Part shown: positions 25,001 through 38,200 of the stretch, piece by piece | Position numbering within the stretch: the stretch's first letter is position 1 | How the letters are laid out: each line of letters begins with the position of its first letter | Assembly: GCF_018350175.1 (NCBI RefSeq) | Contig: NC_058368.1 | Coordinates: 171,370,001-171,434,000 of the forward strand | Direction: 5' to 3' | DNA length: 64,000 nucleotides | From: Felis catus | Taxonomy: Eukaryota | Program-made: the position numbers and the translations under genes | The notes under the pieces: generated by a model | Databases searched by the model: none | Seen by the model: only the letters and a program-made list of their open reading frames with translations | Told to the model about the DNA's origin: nothing

Positions 25001-25355
25001 AGTAGATCTTATTTTCTCCTTCTGGCTTGAAGGTAAATAGTGAGCACAAGTAGGCAAGACATGTTTTGACCACAGGTCCCTTTAGAAAACAAACTGGGAC
25101 AAAATTAACTCCCCCTCGAAAGTAACAGATGTTGGTGTCTCTGCCAGATACATTGTTAAGGAATGAAAGACATTTCTGCAAATACTCCTCACTCCATTGC
25201 ACCCCATCCCACTCCCACCCTGCAGACACTGTGTGCTTTCTAGCAGTTTCCCACACACAGGACCTCCGTTCAGCCCTTTCCTGCATCAGGCCTGGTGGTG
25301 GTTAAGACCCATTCACCTCCTCTGTTTCAGCTGAGCCATCTACTTGCCTCTAAAC

Positions 25356-25580
25356 CAAGGTTTCCCAGCTTCTGCACTATTGTCATATTGAACCAAATAC
25401 TTTTTGTTGCCGTGGCGGTGGGACTTCCTGTGCATTGTAGGGTGCTTAGGAGCCTCCCTGGCCTCTCCCCACTAAATGTCAGTAGCATGCTCTCCTACAG
25501 TCCCAACAATTAAAAAAGTCTCCATATACCGCCAAATGTTCTGGGGGCAAAATGCTTCAATGCCACATGGAGAATCACTG
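25356..25580 (+). mobile_element. MER20 (hAT-Charlie MITE)
   Basis: cactattgtcat...cctgtgcattgtaggg...ccctggcctctccccactaaatg...gccaaatgttctgggggcaaaat...gagaatcactg. Confidence 0.88.
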
Positions 25581-27708
25581 CTACAGACACTTCTTTCTCT
25601 TGATTCTTCCTAGAGTTCAATACACACACCCTCTCCCACCCAGTTTCTCCCACATTTCCTGTCTCTGAAACAAGCAAATGACACTTTTTTCTTTCCAACA
25701 ATTTTTCACAAGTCTAAACAAATACAATCCTGAAAAATTCCACTTTCAAGTATGCTAACGAAATGGCCATGCCCCTAGATTCCAGGGGAGTGTGATGGGA
25801 AAGGAGGGCTGCAGGTTCCATGCTCCCTTCCTGGGATTCCTTCTTGGCTAAGCCTGGGATATGGCTGCATCCCAATTATGGTGACACTGGATGCCAGACC
25901 CACCTCCTGATTCACAGTCTTGGACACACATAAAGGTTGCACAGCCATTAGATCCGGTAGGTTGGCTTCATTATTTCTTGTCAGGTTTTGGCCTCGCAGT
26001 CCCCCCTTTTTGCCAAAAATTTCAGTGTAGTTTCTCGGCAGTTTGTTCTTCTTTTGCTAGTCCTCTAACCTCTATCCTTCCGATATTCGGATTGCCCAAG
26101 TTTTGGTCCATTATTTATAGACCTTGTATCACATGTAGAGACTTATGGCTCCTAGCCCTCATCCAAACAGGAGAGTGAGGAATAGCATCTCCCACTAGAC
26201 TCCAAGTCCCCCTCCTTGGCCCCAGGCTGCCCTGCAATGACCTGTGCTCACTCCTTTAGTCTTCCAGGTGGTCTCCAAGGCTCTGGCTGTGTGATCGAGC
26301 CCTCTCCCCAGTCTCATTTTTCTCTGCACTTTTCATTTGACTAAAACATCTTTTTGAGTGTTGAAACTAGTTTGAAATGTTAGACTTCAATAAATTCTTC
26401 CCATAGTCCAAGCAAGGAAGTACATCCTTGCTCAGTTAAAGTGAAAAAATAACAGATACATATTGAGTCTAATAAATTATTAATAAATTTCTAATGGATG
26501 ACACTTGCTTCACCACTTTTCAAAAGCCTCTCTGAGTCATTATTTATGTCCTTTCCCTCATCCCTCTGAGGAAGTAGTTCTTTACCAGGTCAAGTCATTT
26601 TACACAGACCCCAGCACTAACTGATAATTTAGTTATCTTAGGGTTACATCCCTGACCTCTTGATCAGTGCAGACATTAAAAGTTCTTGCTTCTAACACTC
26701 ATACATATATCCACATCATTCAACATCATTCTCCTGTAGTCTATTAGTCTCCTTAGGGTCAATTAGCAGTTTTTAAACCAAGATTAATACAAATAAAAAA
26801 AAATGGTATGGGTTATTATGGGAACATCTCCACAACCTACTAATAACTTAAAAATACAAATTATAAAATAATACAGTTAGCAAAATGTCTTGTGTTTAGA
26901 AAAATATATACAAAGCAAAATTATATATATAATCATTTGTATATATAAGTGATTACATGTACATACTATGTATACATTTATAAATCCGTATATATGCATA
27001 TGTATATATAATTTCCAAGCATAAAGCTAGAAAAGTTCAAAGACAGAAACCACACTTCAGCAGGGTTACCTTTGAGGAGTCTGGCACTGGAGAGAATCTG
27101 ACCCATGGGGAGAATCTTCTATAGTGCTTCACCATGTGGATGCAGGGTAGAGAGACCATTCCCCGGGAGATGAATGTCAGGGTGTTCCTCCTCCACCTGA
27201 TTCTGTTTTAATAAGTAAAAAAAGTACATAAGAAAAAAAAGTTCTTACTTCTACACTCGGCCACTTTATTTTTGGAAATGTATTTGCATATGTCTTTGGA
27301 ATCCTCTCTTTGAATGATTTCATTCATTGTAATATAAGGCAATATTTATTGGTCCCATAAAAAGGAAAGACGTTTGGTCTCCTATCTTTCTCATGTTTTT
27401 ATCATCGTGAGGATGGTTACCATTTATCAAAAACAGTCTATCCTTAATAATACTCTCCACCTGGCTCCCAGATCAATCAACATGCCTGTAAATATTTTTC
27501 TTTCAGCCCTCTACCCTCATATAAACACCTAGAGGAATAAGTGCCTGTTTCTCCACTACCTTCTGGATAATTCCTTTAGTCCCTGCTCCAAAAAATAACT
27601 AAACACTTCCCCTAAGGCTTTCATTAAAAATTCCTTCTAATTCCTACCAATTCTCCTCTCAAACTATATAACCTAGCTGAGCCACTGACTCCAGCATATG
27701 CCTAACTT

Positions 27709-27710
27709 GA

Positions 27711-27766
<56 letters not shown>

Positions 27767-27848
27767 AAAAAGAAAAAGGAAGGAAGGAAGGAAAGAAGGA
27801 AAACAGAAAGGAAGAAAGGAAGAGAGAAAGGAAGAAGAGAAAGAAAAG
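27709..27848. repeat. (GAAA)n / (GGAA)n purine microsatellite
   Basis: Directly visible. Confidence 0.95.
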
Positions 27849-27911
27849 CCCAACCAGAAATGTCAATACAGGAGTCCAGGATATCCACTACCACTTTACT
27901 TAGGACTGACA

Positions 27912-27913
<2 letters not shown>

Positions 27914-27955
<42 letters not shown>
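27914..27955. repeat. (AC)n microsatellite
   Basis: Directly visible. Confidence 0.95.
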
Positions 27956-27957
<2 letters not shown>

Positions 27958-29950
27958 GCCCAGCCCTTCCCTTGAGCAAAGACTCTTGAGAATCTGTAGA
28001 ATGTATATATTGAATCGATCTACTCATGTCACAGATACAACAGGAAAGAGCTTTCAGATCATTCTATTTCCTAACCTGCAAGATGAAGAATTATCATTTA
28101 TAATCATTTCCCACTGCTAAAAACTCAATACATAACAGTAACTTTAACTCTTGGTTTATAACCAAACTTTTTATTTAACTGACCTGGAAGGTTGATTAAA
28201 ATTCCATTTGGTGTTATAATTTAAAAACAAGTGAGATGACACTTCTAAGAATACATACACATCCACTTTTTTGAGTCATTTGGAAGGATTATAGAAATAA
28301 ATGAACTGCACAACGAAACCAGTAGAAGTGAGAGTTGGTCCCTGTGGGTGTGTGGGGATTGAGTATAGTGAGGAAGTGATAAATTGGGAAAGGAGAACAG
28401 GATGCATCTCTCTTTAGGCCACAGAAAATAACATAGGAAACTGTTAAAGAGTGTAGGAAGGGTTTTCTCCCACTTCTTTCCTCCCACAGGAAGTCACTAA
28501 TACTTTCTGAGAAAAGAGATAAGTCGTCTAGTTTTTACCCATTAGTTAAAAACAGCAATTTCTAGACTTAAGCATATTAGTGAGGACTGCCCTTTACAAC
28601 AGCTCAAGAAAACTCCACTTAGAAAGAAAACACTTGACAGTAATCCCCATTGTTTCTAAGGTAAACCCACTCTATATTAAATGTAACTTTAAAACTGTGA
28701 CTTTTATAAAGAATAGCAAGTGGGTTAATATTGGAAATTCTAAGGCCTTGCTAAAAACACTTCAAATGTAAAATAATCCTTATCTAGAATTAATGAAGCA
28801 AAAGGGGGAGCATAAACAAACGTATGCTTTTAAGGGGCATTTTAAGTATGAGTATATGACATGCCAACCTTTTGAGAACCTTTGGTAGAAACAACTGAGT
28901 GGACCTCCTTGGTGCCCCCATTTCCCTCCTTATACCCTCCTCTGAATGATGTGAAGTAGGTAGCTCATATGGGGAAGTAGGTAGCTCATAACAGATCTTA
29001 GTCTGGCATCCTTAATCCAGAAAGACACTTTAAGAGGCCATGTCAGTTTCCATGGAGGATGAGGCTGGAACATCTCCCTTCCACTCCTTACTCCCCCCAT
29101 ACAGGTGCTTACTCCCTGGGCTGTCCCCAGAATTAACCTTGAAGCCCGGCAATCAGAGAAGACAGACATATATTCAATCTGGTAAAAGTCCTGAGGCTAA
29201 CTTCTCATCTCTAGAATTTAACCACTTACTAGCCTGCTCCTAAATCATTTTCACTAGGTCATGATGAAAAAAACATTTTTATCTCTAATTCAATCACAAT
29301 TTATGGTTCCAAGAAGAAAATAATGGCATTGAAAGTCAAAAGTTATTTACAGAACTTCTGATATGTTCTGCCTTCTAGTAACATGTGATTCTTTCCATAG
29401 TTCTATTTTTTATACTGACTCCAAAGAAATAGGTTCTTAACTGTTTAACAATTTTGAAATTATTATATAATCTTTTTAAATTATTTAGAGATCTACATTT
29501 AAGGACTTGAAAACTAGAGAGAATTTACATTGTTGACTTCCACAAAACAGCACATATTCAATACATACCATCCTAAAATTTTGGGATGGGTGAGTGTTGG
29601 TTTACAGGTATGTGTTGTAACCTGAATGAAAATACCCCTGAAAAGAATATCTAACTTCCATTGCCATTTGGCATGCCAAGCTCTGGAGGTTCTCTTTCTT
29701 CCTGTTTTAGGATCTCTATTCCCTTCACACTTGCTAACTCAGCCCACATTGTTTTGTTGACATGTAGAGAGTGAGGGTAGGGTATAAGTCTTAACAGGTT
29801 AGCATTTTGACTGCTAGAAGACTAATATTACTAGGCAACATATCCATGTTTCTTGCCTGATAATTAAGACCCGTATTTCGGGGATCCACGGAATCTCAAC
29901 ACCCCAGAAATGCCATGTAGCATTAAATATTTCTGTGCTTTCTTTCCCAC

Positions 29951-30332
29951 TGTTATGGGCTAAATTTGTATCCCCACCTCCCCCAAAATTACTTTGCATA
30001 AATAATTACATTAAAATGAGGTCATTAGTTTGGGCCCTGGTCCAATATGACTGGTGTCCTTATAAGAGGAAATTTGGATATAAACATGCACACAAAGGAA
30101 AGACAGGAAGAAGGCACAAAGAATATGATAAGACAGGAAGAAGACTATCATCCACAAGCCACAGAAAGAGGCCTGTAACAGATCCTTTCCTCAAGGCCCT
30201 CACAAAGAAGCAATCCTGCTCACACCTTGATCTCAGACTTCTAGTCTCCAGAACTGTAAGAAATTAAATTTCTGTTGCTTAAGCCACTCAGTCTGTGGTA
30301 CTTTGTTATGGCAGCCCTAGGAAACTAATACA
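29951..30332 (+). mobile_element. MLT1A/B-like solo LTR
   Basis: TGttatgggctaaatt...ccaatatgactggtgtccttataagagga...ctttgttatggcagccctaggaaactaataCA. Confidence 0.9.
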
Positions 30333-32585
30333 CTTACCAAAGGAAGAAGAGTACAGGAAGTTTTAAGATGCCAAAATGACAGATTGTAAAACAGTAGGAA
30401 ATGGGGAAGTTCATTAAGATGACAAGTGGGAGCCAACAGGTTACATAAGAGTACAACTGTTATGCACTCCCCATAAAGGAAAGGATTAATTTTAGGTCCT
30501 GCTGGACCATGCAGAAGGTGTAAATTAAAGAAAATTATCTCTCCAATCCTAGGTTTAAAGAAAAAGAAAACCCCATAGAACACTGAAATATAAGATACAA
30601 GGTAGAAAAAAGAAATCTGCCATATTGAAAGTCTATTACTTAAAATAAGTAGTCCTAACACTTGAATACATAAGACATTATACAAAGTCTTTGAAGCTGC
30701 ACAGTGGCAATTCTAGATCCCTTTATAATGCTGAAAAAAGTCCCACTAATGGACTTCCAGGAAAACGCTAGTAAAAACAGGCCTAGGATAATTGCAGAAC
30801 AGTGAATTTAGGCTGGTAAGAAATAGATTTCAATTATATTTATCTAATCATCGATAATGGATTTTTCCCAAAGTAATTTTTTTATATCTACAAACTTCCT
30901 TTTACTAAATAATGATATATAAATGGTGACTTGAAACAAGTCATTAATCAGTTTTGGCTCTCTGTTTTCCCATTTATAAAATTGAAAATACATGGGTTAT
31001 AGCTACACAAATACTTGAGGTACCCAGACTGAACTTACTATCTTCCTGGATAAGAGCCAGCAGAGGTGGCACATACAAAGAGCATTTAATATATAACACG
31101 TTATTCTTTTTTGCTCTGATCATTCTCATTCTATCATCCTGCTCACTAGGGTGGAGAAATGTACCATCTAATGTTTCACAAAAGAGAAAACATTTTTCTG
31201 TCTTTCATGTCGTGGAGAAGCCTGAATTATCTTAATCATACATTGTGCTCTTGTCTTAAACATCAACACTCCCCTTGGTTTTCTATCCATGAGCCAGAAT
31301 ATTGGGTTGATTATTCTCCTGGAAGCACACTCTTTGCCAAGGTTTACCATTATTTTTCATTAGTTTCAATTCTGAAAGGAAGGAGACAGAGCCTATATAT
31401 GATGATGGATGGGGTTAAAGGCCCAAGGACTAACATGATTGTATAAGAAGCTACTGCTGGGTGATATATGAACATATTGGAGTAATACATGCTAAAAATG
31501 AGGAGGCAGCACAGAGCAGTTGGCAGGACAACAGGCAGCCTAAATTACATCATTCATTTAATAGGTCTAACATATGGTAGCTATTAGATCTCCAAAACAA
31601 ATGCAAGGCTAACCAACACTCTCATAGAAAAAAGGCTTCCATTCTTAATTTTTTTTTTTTTAATAAAAGGCCTCAGTCCAAGTTGCTGCCAATTCCAACA
31701 CAATAATAACATATATCTCTAAACGAAATAATAATCTGGACCTTGCCAAGAAATTAACAGTTTCACCTGATAATGTATGCTTTAAAATGTTAAATGTTCT
31801 TGTTTTTGTCTTTTACACATTTCTTAAGGAGCTATGCAGGAATTCAATGGGATAATTTAATGGTTTTAAGCAGCAACTGAATTCTGTAATATATAAATCA
31901 GCTCATAATTGTTTTCTGAATGAAAGATACAAATGCTCTATATTAAAGCTGGCCTTTGCTTAAAGCAAGTGAAACATATCTTTGATTCTGTCATTTTCCA
32001 ATTAATCTCATTTTTGTGTTGCAAAAAACATAGGAGAAAGCTCCAGTGATCTTTTGGGGACGTAATTTTGCCCTTGTTTTACATGGTTTTCAAATAGTTA
32101 CCCTAATCAGAAAAAAAAAAAAAGAGAAAGAAAGAAAGAAAATGAGTAAAAGAGCAAAGTACAACCACTATCCTCTATTAATAATCCCCAGAAATGTTTT
32201 TTTATCATATTAAGTAAAACCTTTCATCTAGATGCCAGTTCTTCTGGTGAACTGCTCTGGAAGTCTCAGGCCTTTGTGAACACCCCAGAAGGGAAAGGAC
32301 CTAGGGCCGACAGATGAATACAAAACAACTTCACCCCAAAATTCAAACAGGGACCCAAAAGATAGCTGCTTCCTCATTGCCTGCCTCTGAATTCTATGTT
32401 TTATTCAGGTCTTTCCCAGCATGACCCTTGTCCTTTGAATTCAATTCCTTCCAATTTAGCCCCTTGCTTCTTTAATCTGACTTCTCCCTCATCCCACTTT
32501 CCTTTTCCCAGTTGTTTAAGGCTGGAATATCATTCTTCTGCCCAGAAATTTCCAACATTTTAAACTTTTTTAAGATCATTTCTCA

Positions 32586-32736
32586 GGGCATCCGGGTGGC
32601 TCAGTCTCAGTTAAGTGTCTGACTTCAGCTCAGGTAATGATCTCACAGTTCATGGGTTCGAGTCTGCATCAGGTTCCGTGCTGACCATGTGGAGCCTGCT
32701 TGGGATTCTCTCTCTGCCCTTCACTTGCTCACACGC

Positions 32737-32772
<36 letters not shown>

Positions 32773-32800
32773 AAAATAAATAAATAAACTAAAAAAAAAA
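32586..32800 (+). mobile_element. Can-SINE (first of a head-to-tail pair)
   Basis: Head, (CTGT)/(CT)n, A-tail. Confidence 0.92.
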
Positions 32801-32807
32801 AAAAGAA

Positions 32808-33030
32808 GGGACACCTGGGTGGCTCAGTCGGTTGAGCGACCGACTTCGGCTCAGGTCATGATCTCACGGTTTGTGAGTTTGAGCCCCTCATTGGGCTCTG
32901 TGCTGCCAGCTCAGAGCCTGGAGCCTGCTTCTGATTCTGTGTCTCCCTCTCTCTCTGACCCTCCCCCACTCAGGCTCTGTCTCTCTCTGCCTCAGAAATA
33001 AATAAACATTAAAAAAAATTTTTAAAAAAA
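32808..33030 (+). mobile_element. Can-SINE inserted in the A-tail of the previous SINE
   Basis: Full head to tail; aaaaaaagaa on both flanks. Confidence 0.92.
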
Positions 33031-33868
33031 AGAATATCATTTCACTTCCCACTATCCATTCACCTTTTTCAAGATGCATTCTCCCAATTTTCCTCTGGTA
33101 AACAACTTCTTCCTTATTCTGTGTAAGTGCTTATAGTGAAATTAACTCCAGCCCTGTCTCCAGGGGTATGCAAGAATTAAATCATATTAATCAAACAATT
33201 ACCTTCTACCCCCCTTCTCTTACCATTAATCTCTACTTTAAGGTGATGATGAGTTTAGGATGGGCATGTGAACAAATCAGATCTGATGAGATACAAGTTC
33301 TAGAACTGCTGACAAAGACAAACTCTGTTTTATTGGGCATAACCTGGGAAGATACAGACCTGTAGTATTGGTGGACATATTTCCAATACATGAAACCCAA
33401 GAATGAAGCCACAGTGAATGATCCAGAGTGAAGAGATGGTGTGAGACCACTGTGAGACTATTTACTGCTGCCATTTACTTCTTACGTTACTATTTAATTA
33501 TCTCAGGAGTAGAATTGTATACCCCTTGAGATCTTGGTACCTTAAGCTATGTTCTTGGTACCTTAAGCTATGTCTAACATAGTTCTATATTTGTTCTACC
33601 AAAAAGGAATTACATAAATCTAATAATGTGTACATTATAATAAAAGGTATATATATCTTTGCCCCACATTCTCATTCACACCCCAAATTCAAATTAACCT
33701 GAGAGACGTAAACTATTCTTCCTTCAATGTGCCTCTCATAGTGTGAGCATCTCACCACACTGAATGTGATTCTAGAATTTAAAGAAACCTTAAAACAACA
33801 CTGTCCATAAACTCAAGGCACCTACTTCATATGGAGCTCAACTGAAGATTTAATGAGATTTTAAGGGA

Positions 33869-34105
33869 GGAGTGCCTGACTGACTTACTGGGTAGAGCAC
33901 GCAACTCTTGATCTCAGGAGAGTTCAACTCATCTCTGGTGAGTTTGAGCTCCATGCTGGGCATAAAGATTACTTTAAGGAAAAGAAGAAGAAGGAGAAGG
34001 AGAAGGAAGAGAAGGAGGAGAAGGAGGAGAAGGAGGAGAAGGAGGAGAAGGAGAAGGAGAAGGAGAAGGAGAAGGAGGAGGAGGAGGAGGAGGAGGAGGA
34101 GAAGG
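33869..34105 (+). mobile_element. Short Can-SINE whose tail is a (GAA/GGA)n triplet tract (about 33976-34105)
   Basis: Degenerate head, gagtttgagctccatgctgggcataaagattactt, purine tract, TSD ttttaagg. Confidence 0.8.
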
Positions 34106-34240
34106 TTTTAAGGTAATTTTCACTATGAATATTTGTGTTAAGTTGATTTCACGAACAAGCTCCTGAATAATATGCAACTGTTTTATGTGACAGGCTACTG
34201 CAGACCCCAGTCATACTAAACTCTGAAGAGAGATTGATGT

Positions 34241-34466
34241 GGGGTCCCTGGGTGGCTCAGTCCGTTAAGCATCTGACTTCAGCTCAGGGCATGATCTCAT
34301 GGTCTGTGGGTTTGAGCCCCGTGTCAGGCTCTGTGCTGACACCTCAGAGCCAGGAGCCTATTTTGGATTCTGTGTCTCCCTCTCTCTCTGGTCCTCCCCT
34401 GCTCATACTCTGTCTCTGTCTCTCTCTCAAAAATAAATAAAAATTAAAATTTTTGTTTTAATAAAA
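34241..34466 (+). mobile_element. Can-SINE
   Basis: TSD aagagagattgatgt (34226-34240 / 34467-34481). Confidence 0.94.
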
Positions 34467-34519
34467 AAGAGAGATTGATGTGATTTAAGTGTCTGTAGCA
34501 GGAACTTTATATGACATTT

Positions 34520-34750
34520 CTTTTTTTTATGTTTTTTTTTTTTAATTTTTGAGAGAGAGAGGAGAGAGAGAGAGAGAGCATGTGTGCACGAGCAAGTGGG
34601 GGAGGGGCAGACAAAGAGGGGGACAGAGGATCCAAAGTGGATTCCGCCCTGACAGCAGCAAGCCTGAAACAGGGCTTGAACTCATGAGCTGTGAGATCAT
34701 GACCTGAGCCAAAGTTGGATGCTCAACCAACTGAGCCACCCAAGGGCCCC
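34520..34750 (-). mobile_element. Can-SINE
   Basis: TSD atatg(a/g)cattt. Confidence 0.92.
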
Positions 34751-36108
34751 AATATGGCATTTGATAGCATACTATAGGAGAAACTTGTCTACTTCTCAGC
34801 TTGATTTTCAGTCTCCAGAAGACCATCATTGATTGTCATGAGTCCATGGGGACAGGACAGGTAACTCAGAGAGAATCTGCAATATGAGAGTGTATAAACC
34901 TTTAAATTCTTATAAAAGAGTTCCTTTTCCTTTTTAGCAATGCTTATGCTTCTCTGAGCCTCATTATGGTTTTTGTCAAGGAGAGCTGATGAATAGGAAC
35001 ATAAAAATATGAAAGTCCCAGTACCAGGTATCAGAGTGAGACCTCAGAGATGTATCAGGGCCTCAGACAGAGACTGACCTTGAGGTACATGTAGGCAGAT
35101 GGGACGCTGACAGCCTCACACAGATGCCTGTGTCCTAGCATGGTACACAGGCATAGAACATTCCTATCTCCTCTAGCCTGGCATAGAAGAAACAGCAGAG
35201 AGAGCTACCTGAGCAGAAGGGGCCATGAAGACTGCTAAATGTAAAGGATAGAGAGAATGTGGAGACCAGCATGGACGGATGACCACAGGCCAGGTGGGAC
35301 AACATACAGTCCAGAGATCCCAGTGTAGAAACTGCTGCTTCAAGATCCCTGGAGCATAGGAATATATGAGAGGCTCTTCTGGCCCCACTTGCCAGGCATT
35401 CCACATAGCCATTCCCCCAGAACGGCACTGGGGCACCAGAGCTTAGAGCCCCTCTCAAAGGCTCCACTGGTTCCCCTTCTCACCCTCCAGCCTACAGGAT
35501 CTTTCTCTAATCTTGAGGGAAGCCCTATTCTCTTCCTCCTACTCTTTCTAAATATTTTTTCCATACCCAAAATACTCTTAGTTCCCTAAGGACTTAGGGT
35601 TTGGAACACAACTCTGGAGAGGTTCTTTCTATGCTGTCACTTCCCTTCCTGAGGTGATGAGCTCAGAGCTGACCATCTGCTCCAAATGGAGAGAGGAAAG
35701 GAAGTGCCAAAAAATATATAATAATAAATCTCAAAGATACTATTCCACAATATTTTCTTCCTAAATTAAATATTTATAGCCCTGTAAATGTACTCTATCT
35801 GCAGGTGTTACTACTCACCCTCACCAACTGCACCCTTCCGAACACACACGTACCACAGGTTGAGACCTGGGTCCAAACCCCAGATGAGAACTGCTGTGCA
35901 CAAAGCAGCCCCTGACCACAGGAGTGTTATTTCCCCCAGGCTCCCAAAGGTGAGAATAGACCATGGGTGAGTTCTTCCCCTTATAATGCTCCCTATCTGA
36001 AGTTCCCCAGGAAATTCTTCCATCCCTCGTTAATAATCCCTTGGCTCCCTGCCCCCCAAATTCACCCATCACTTCCACTGAACTGAGAGGAGGCCTTGAG
36101 GGACTCAC

Positions 36109-36234
36109 TTTACAAAAGGAGTGAAAGCTTTTGTTGACTTAAATAAGGCAGCAGGTGTATGACCAGGTTCCCCAACCTGACTCTCCACCATAACTTCATG
36201 CCTAAAATCTTTAAGATCTCTGAGCTTTAGAGGT
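36109..36234 (-). other. Candidate symmetric internal exon (126 nt)
   Basis: Acceptor atatcccttctctctccag|, donor AAA|gtgagt; exactly one open frame (PLKLRDLKDFRHEVMVESQVGEPGHTPAALFKSTKAFTPFV). Confidence 0.35.
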
Positions 36235-37559
36235 CTGGAGAGAGAAGGGATATGAAGGTTTACTGAACCCAGACTCTTGAAGGTACAAAATGGCTCTATT
36301 CTCTGTCCTCTAAGTTTTCTGAGACACTTTCCTCCTACCTTCACTGAGTAGGCCTTAGCTCCAGTATTAGTGGCTGATGTTTTCATTTAAGGTAATTTCA
36401 CCATTAAAATATTCTTCTCTTCCTACTAACAAAACAAAATAGGGGTGTTCTTGTACTTCACCAGAGTCTTAGAACTGTCCACCTTCCAATGCAGAGCAGC
36501 GTCCTCTCAAGGCTTGTTAAGGAGTCCTTCTCCAAGATATGTCTGGCTGTGGCCCTGGCCACTGCATCAATCCATAGCACAGTAAAGGGACACCCACTTG
36601 GCAGAGCATCAGGATCCTTCTGCCTTGGAAGCTACCTTAAGAACAGCCTGGGTCAGGGGATCCCAAAAGAGCTGCTATGATAACTGCCCATCTGTGCCAT
36701 CTGTCAGGGCCTGAGCTGGTACTGCTGGAATCACTCCTTCCTCTCCGGAATCCACTGGCTAAAATCACTGTCTGAGAAAGATGCCTTGAAAAGAACGTAT
36801 CATGCACCTACCTTTTTAACTACCTTCTTGGTACTCATAGAACTCAGATCTACCCATTAACTTTATTAAGGTTAACAATTGTCCTCTTCCTTCTCCCCAC
36901 CACTCTCAAGTTGCCCAAAAACTTCAAAGCATTTTTTGTAGAACTATTGCCAATTTAAATTTCAATACAGTCCCCTGGTTTTCCTGAAATCACTGGTATC
37001 TTGAGTACCTACCTTGTCTTGGCATGGGATCACAAGATGCCCAAAATGGCTTGGCCCTAATTCTGGAGAGTATCAGTAATCTGTATTTCAGGATGTGCTG
37101 CATGAGGAATCACAGCAATTCCGGACAGGTCTCCATGGGTATTGCATACAAGTCTTGACCCTCAAAGCAAGTGTCCTACCAACACAATATTATTTTTCTA
37201 TAATTCAGTCTAGCTTTTGTTTTAAGCTCCATTTCACTAAGAGGCAGAAATGATATCTGGTCCTTTGTCATTCTTCCTTTCCCCACTGCCCTTTTTCTGG
37301 GTTGTAGCTAAGTCCCCAGGGATTCCACAGCGCCCTGCTATTACTGGTCACCTACTAAGGCATCCGATGTCCTGTCTGGTTTTCTCTCATCACTATTAAG
37401 ACCTCCCTCACTTCTGTCTGCAGGGCGAGTCCAGTGACTTCCTCCCCTGCTTATGAGCCCTGCTTCAGTGACTCAGGAACCTCTGTGAGGCCATTTGTGG
37501 CTGGTATGCTGAAACGTACCATGTAGCAGTTCCTGTTCTGGATTTAGATCCTTCCCCAT

Positions 37560-37950
37560 GGTTTCTCCTGGAAAGTGGGCAGAGAGCCCTACTATCTTGG
37601 GTCTCACAAACCTATCTCAGGTTGCAGATTCTCCAGAACATTTGGAGTTAAGTCTCAGAAACACTGGTCATTCCCTGCCAAGGGCCTGGCCTGAAAGACT
37701 ATGTAGGATGACCATTTTCCACCTATGCCTGGAGAAGTAAAGAAAGCTTGTGTGGAAAGAGAATCAAACAGGTCCCCATAGAGAAGCAGAGAAATAAAGA
37801 AAAGGAGCCAGGAAATTGCTACCTTGGATCCTAATGGTTTTTTGGTCATAGTCTAGTTCCTCATGAGGCCAGAATGAATCTTGGCTTTTGGATTCTTTAA
37901 TATAAACTTTTATCTTTCCAAAAAAATTTAATTTGAGTAGGTATCTGTTA
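37560..37950 (+). mobile_element. Ancient ERVL-type LTR relic (LTR33-like)
   Basis: gaccattttccacc...agagaagcagag...tagttcctcatgaggccag...tttgagtaggtatctgtt resembles an LTR33 3' half. Confidence 0.45.
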
Positions 37951-38012
37951 AAATGGATTCACATCTTACTTCCAAGTTTGATTTTAAAGTCAGTAACTTT
38001 TTAAAAATCACA

Positions 38013-38169
38013 TACAGTAAAACTATCCTTAAAATACACTTATTAGGGATGCCTGGGTGGCTTAGTTGGTTAAGTGGCTGATTCTTGATCTCAGCTTAGG
38101 TCATGATCTCATGGTTCATGGGTTCGAGCTCTACATTGGCTCTGCATGCAGAGCCTGCTTAGGATTCAT

Positions 38170-38200
<31 letters not shown>

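Noticed and set aside
27659..28120. ORFs of 64-140 aa rich in KE, HT or SF
   Set aside because: Derived from the (GAAA)n and (AC)n microsatellites
31057..31072. CCAGCAGAGGTGGCAC as a second CTCF site
   Set aside because: Spacing is 2 nt off the consensus; weak match in either register
33908..34177. Poly-Arg (protamine-like) and poly-Pro/Ser ORFs
   Set aside because: Translations of the (GAA/GGA)n SINE tail
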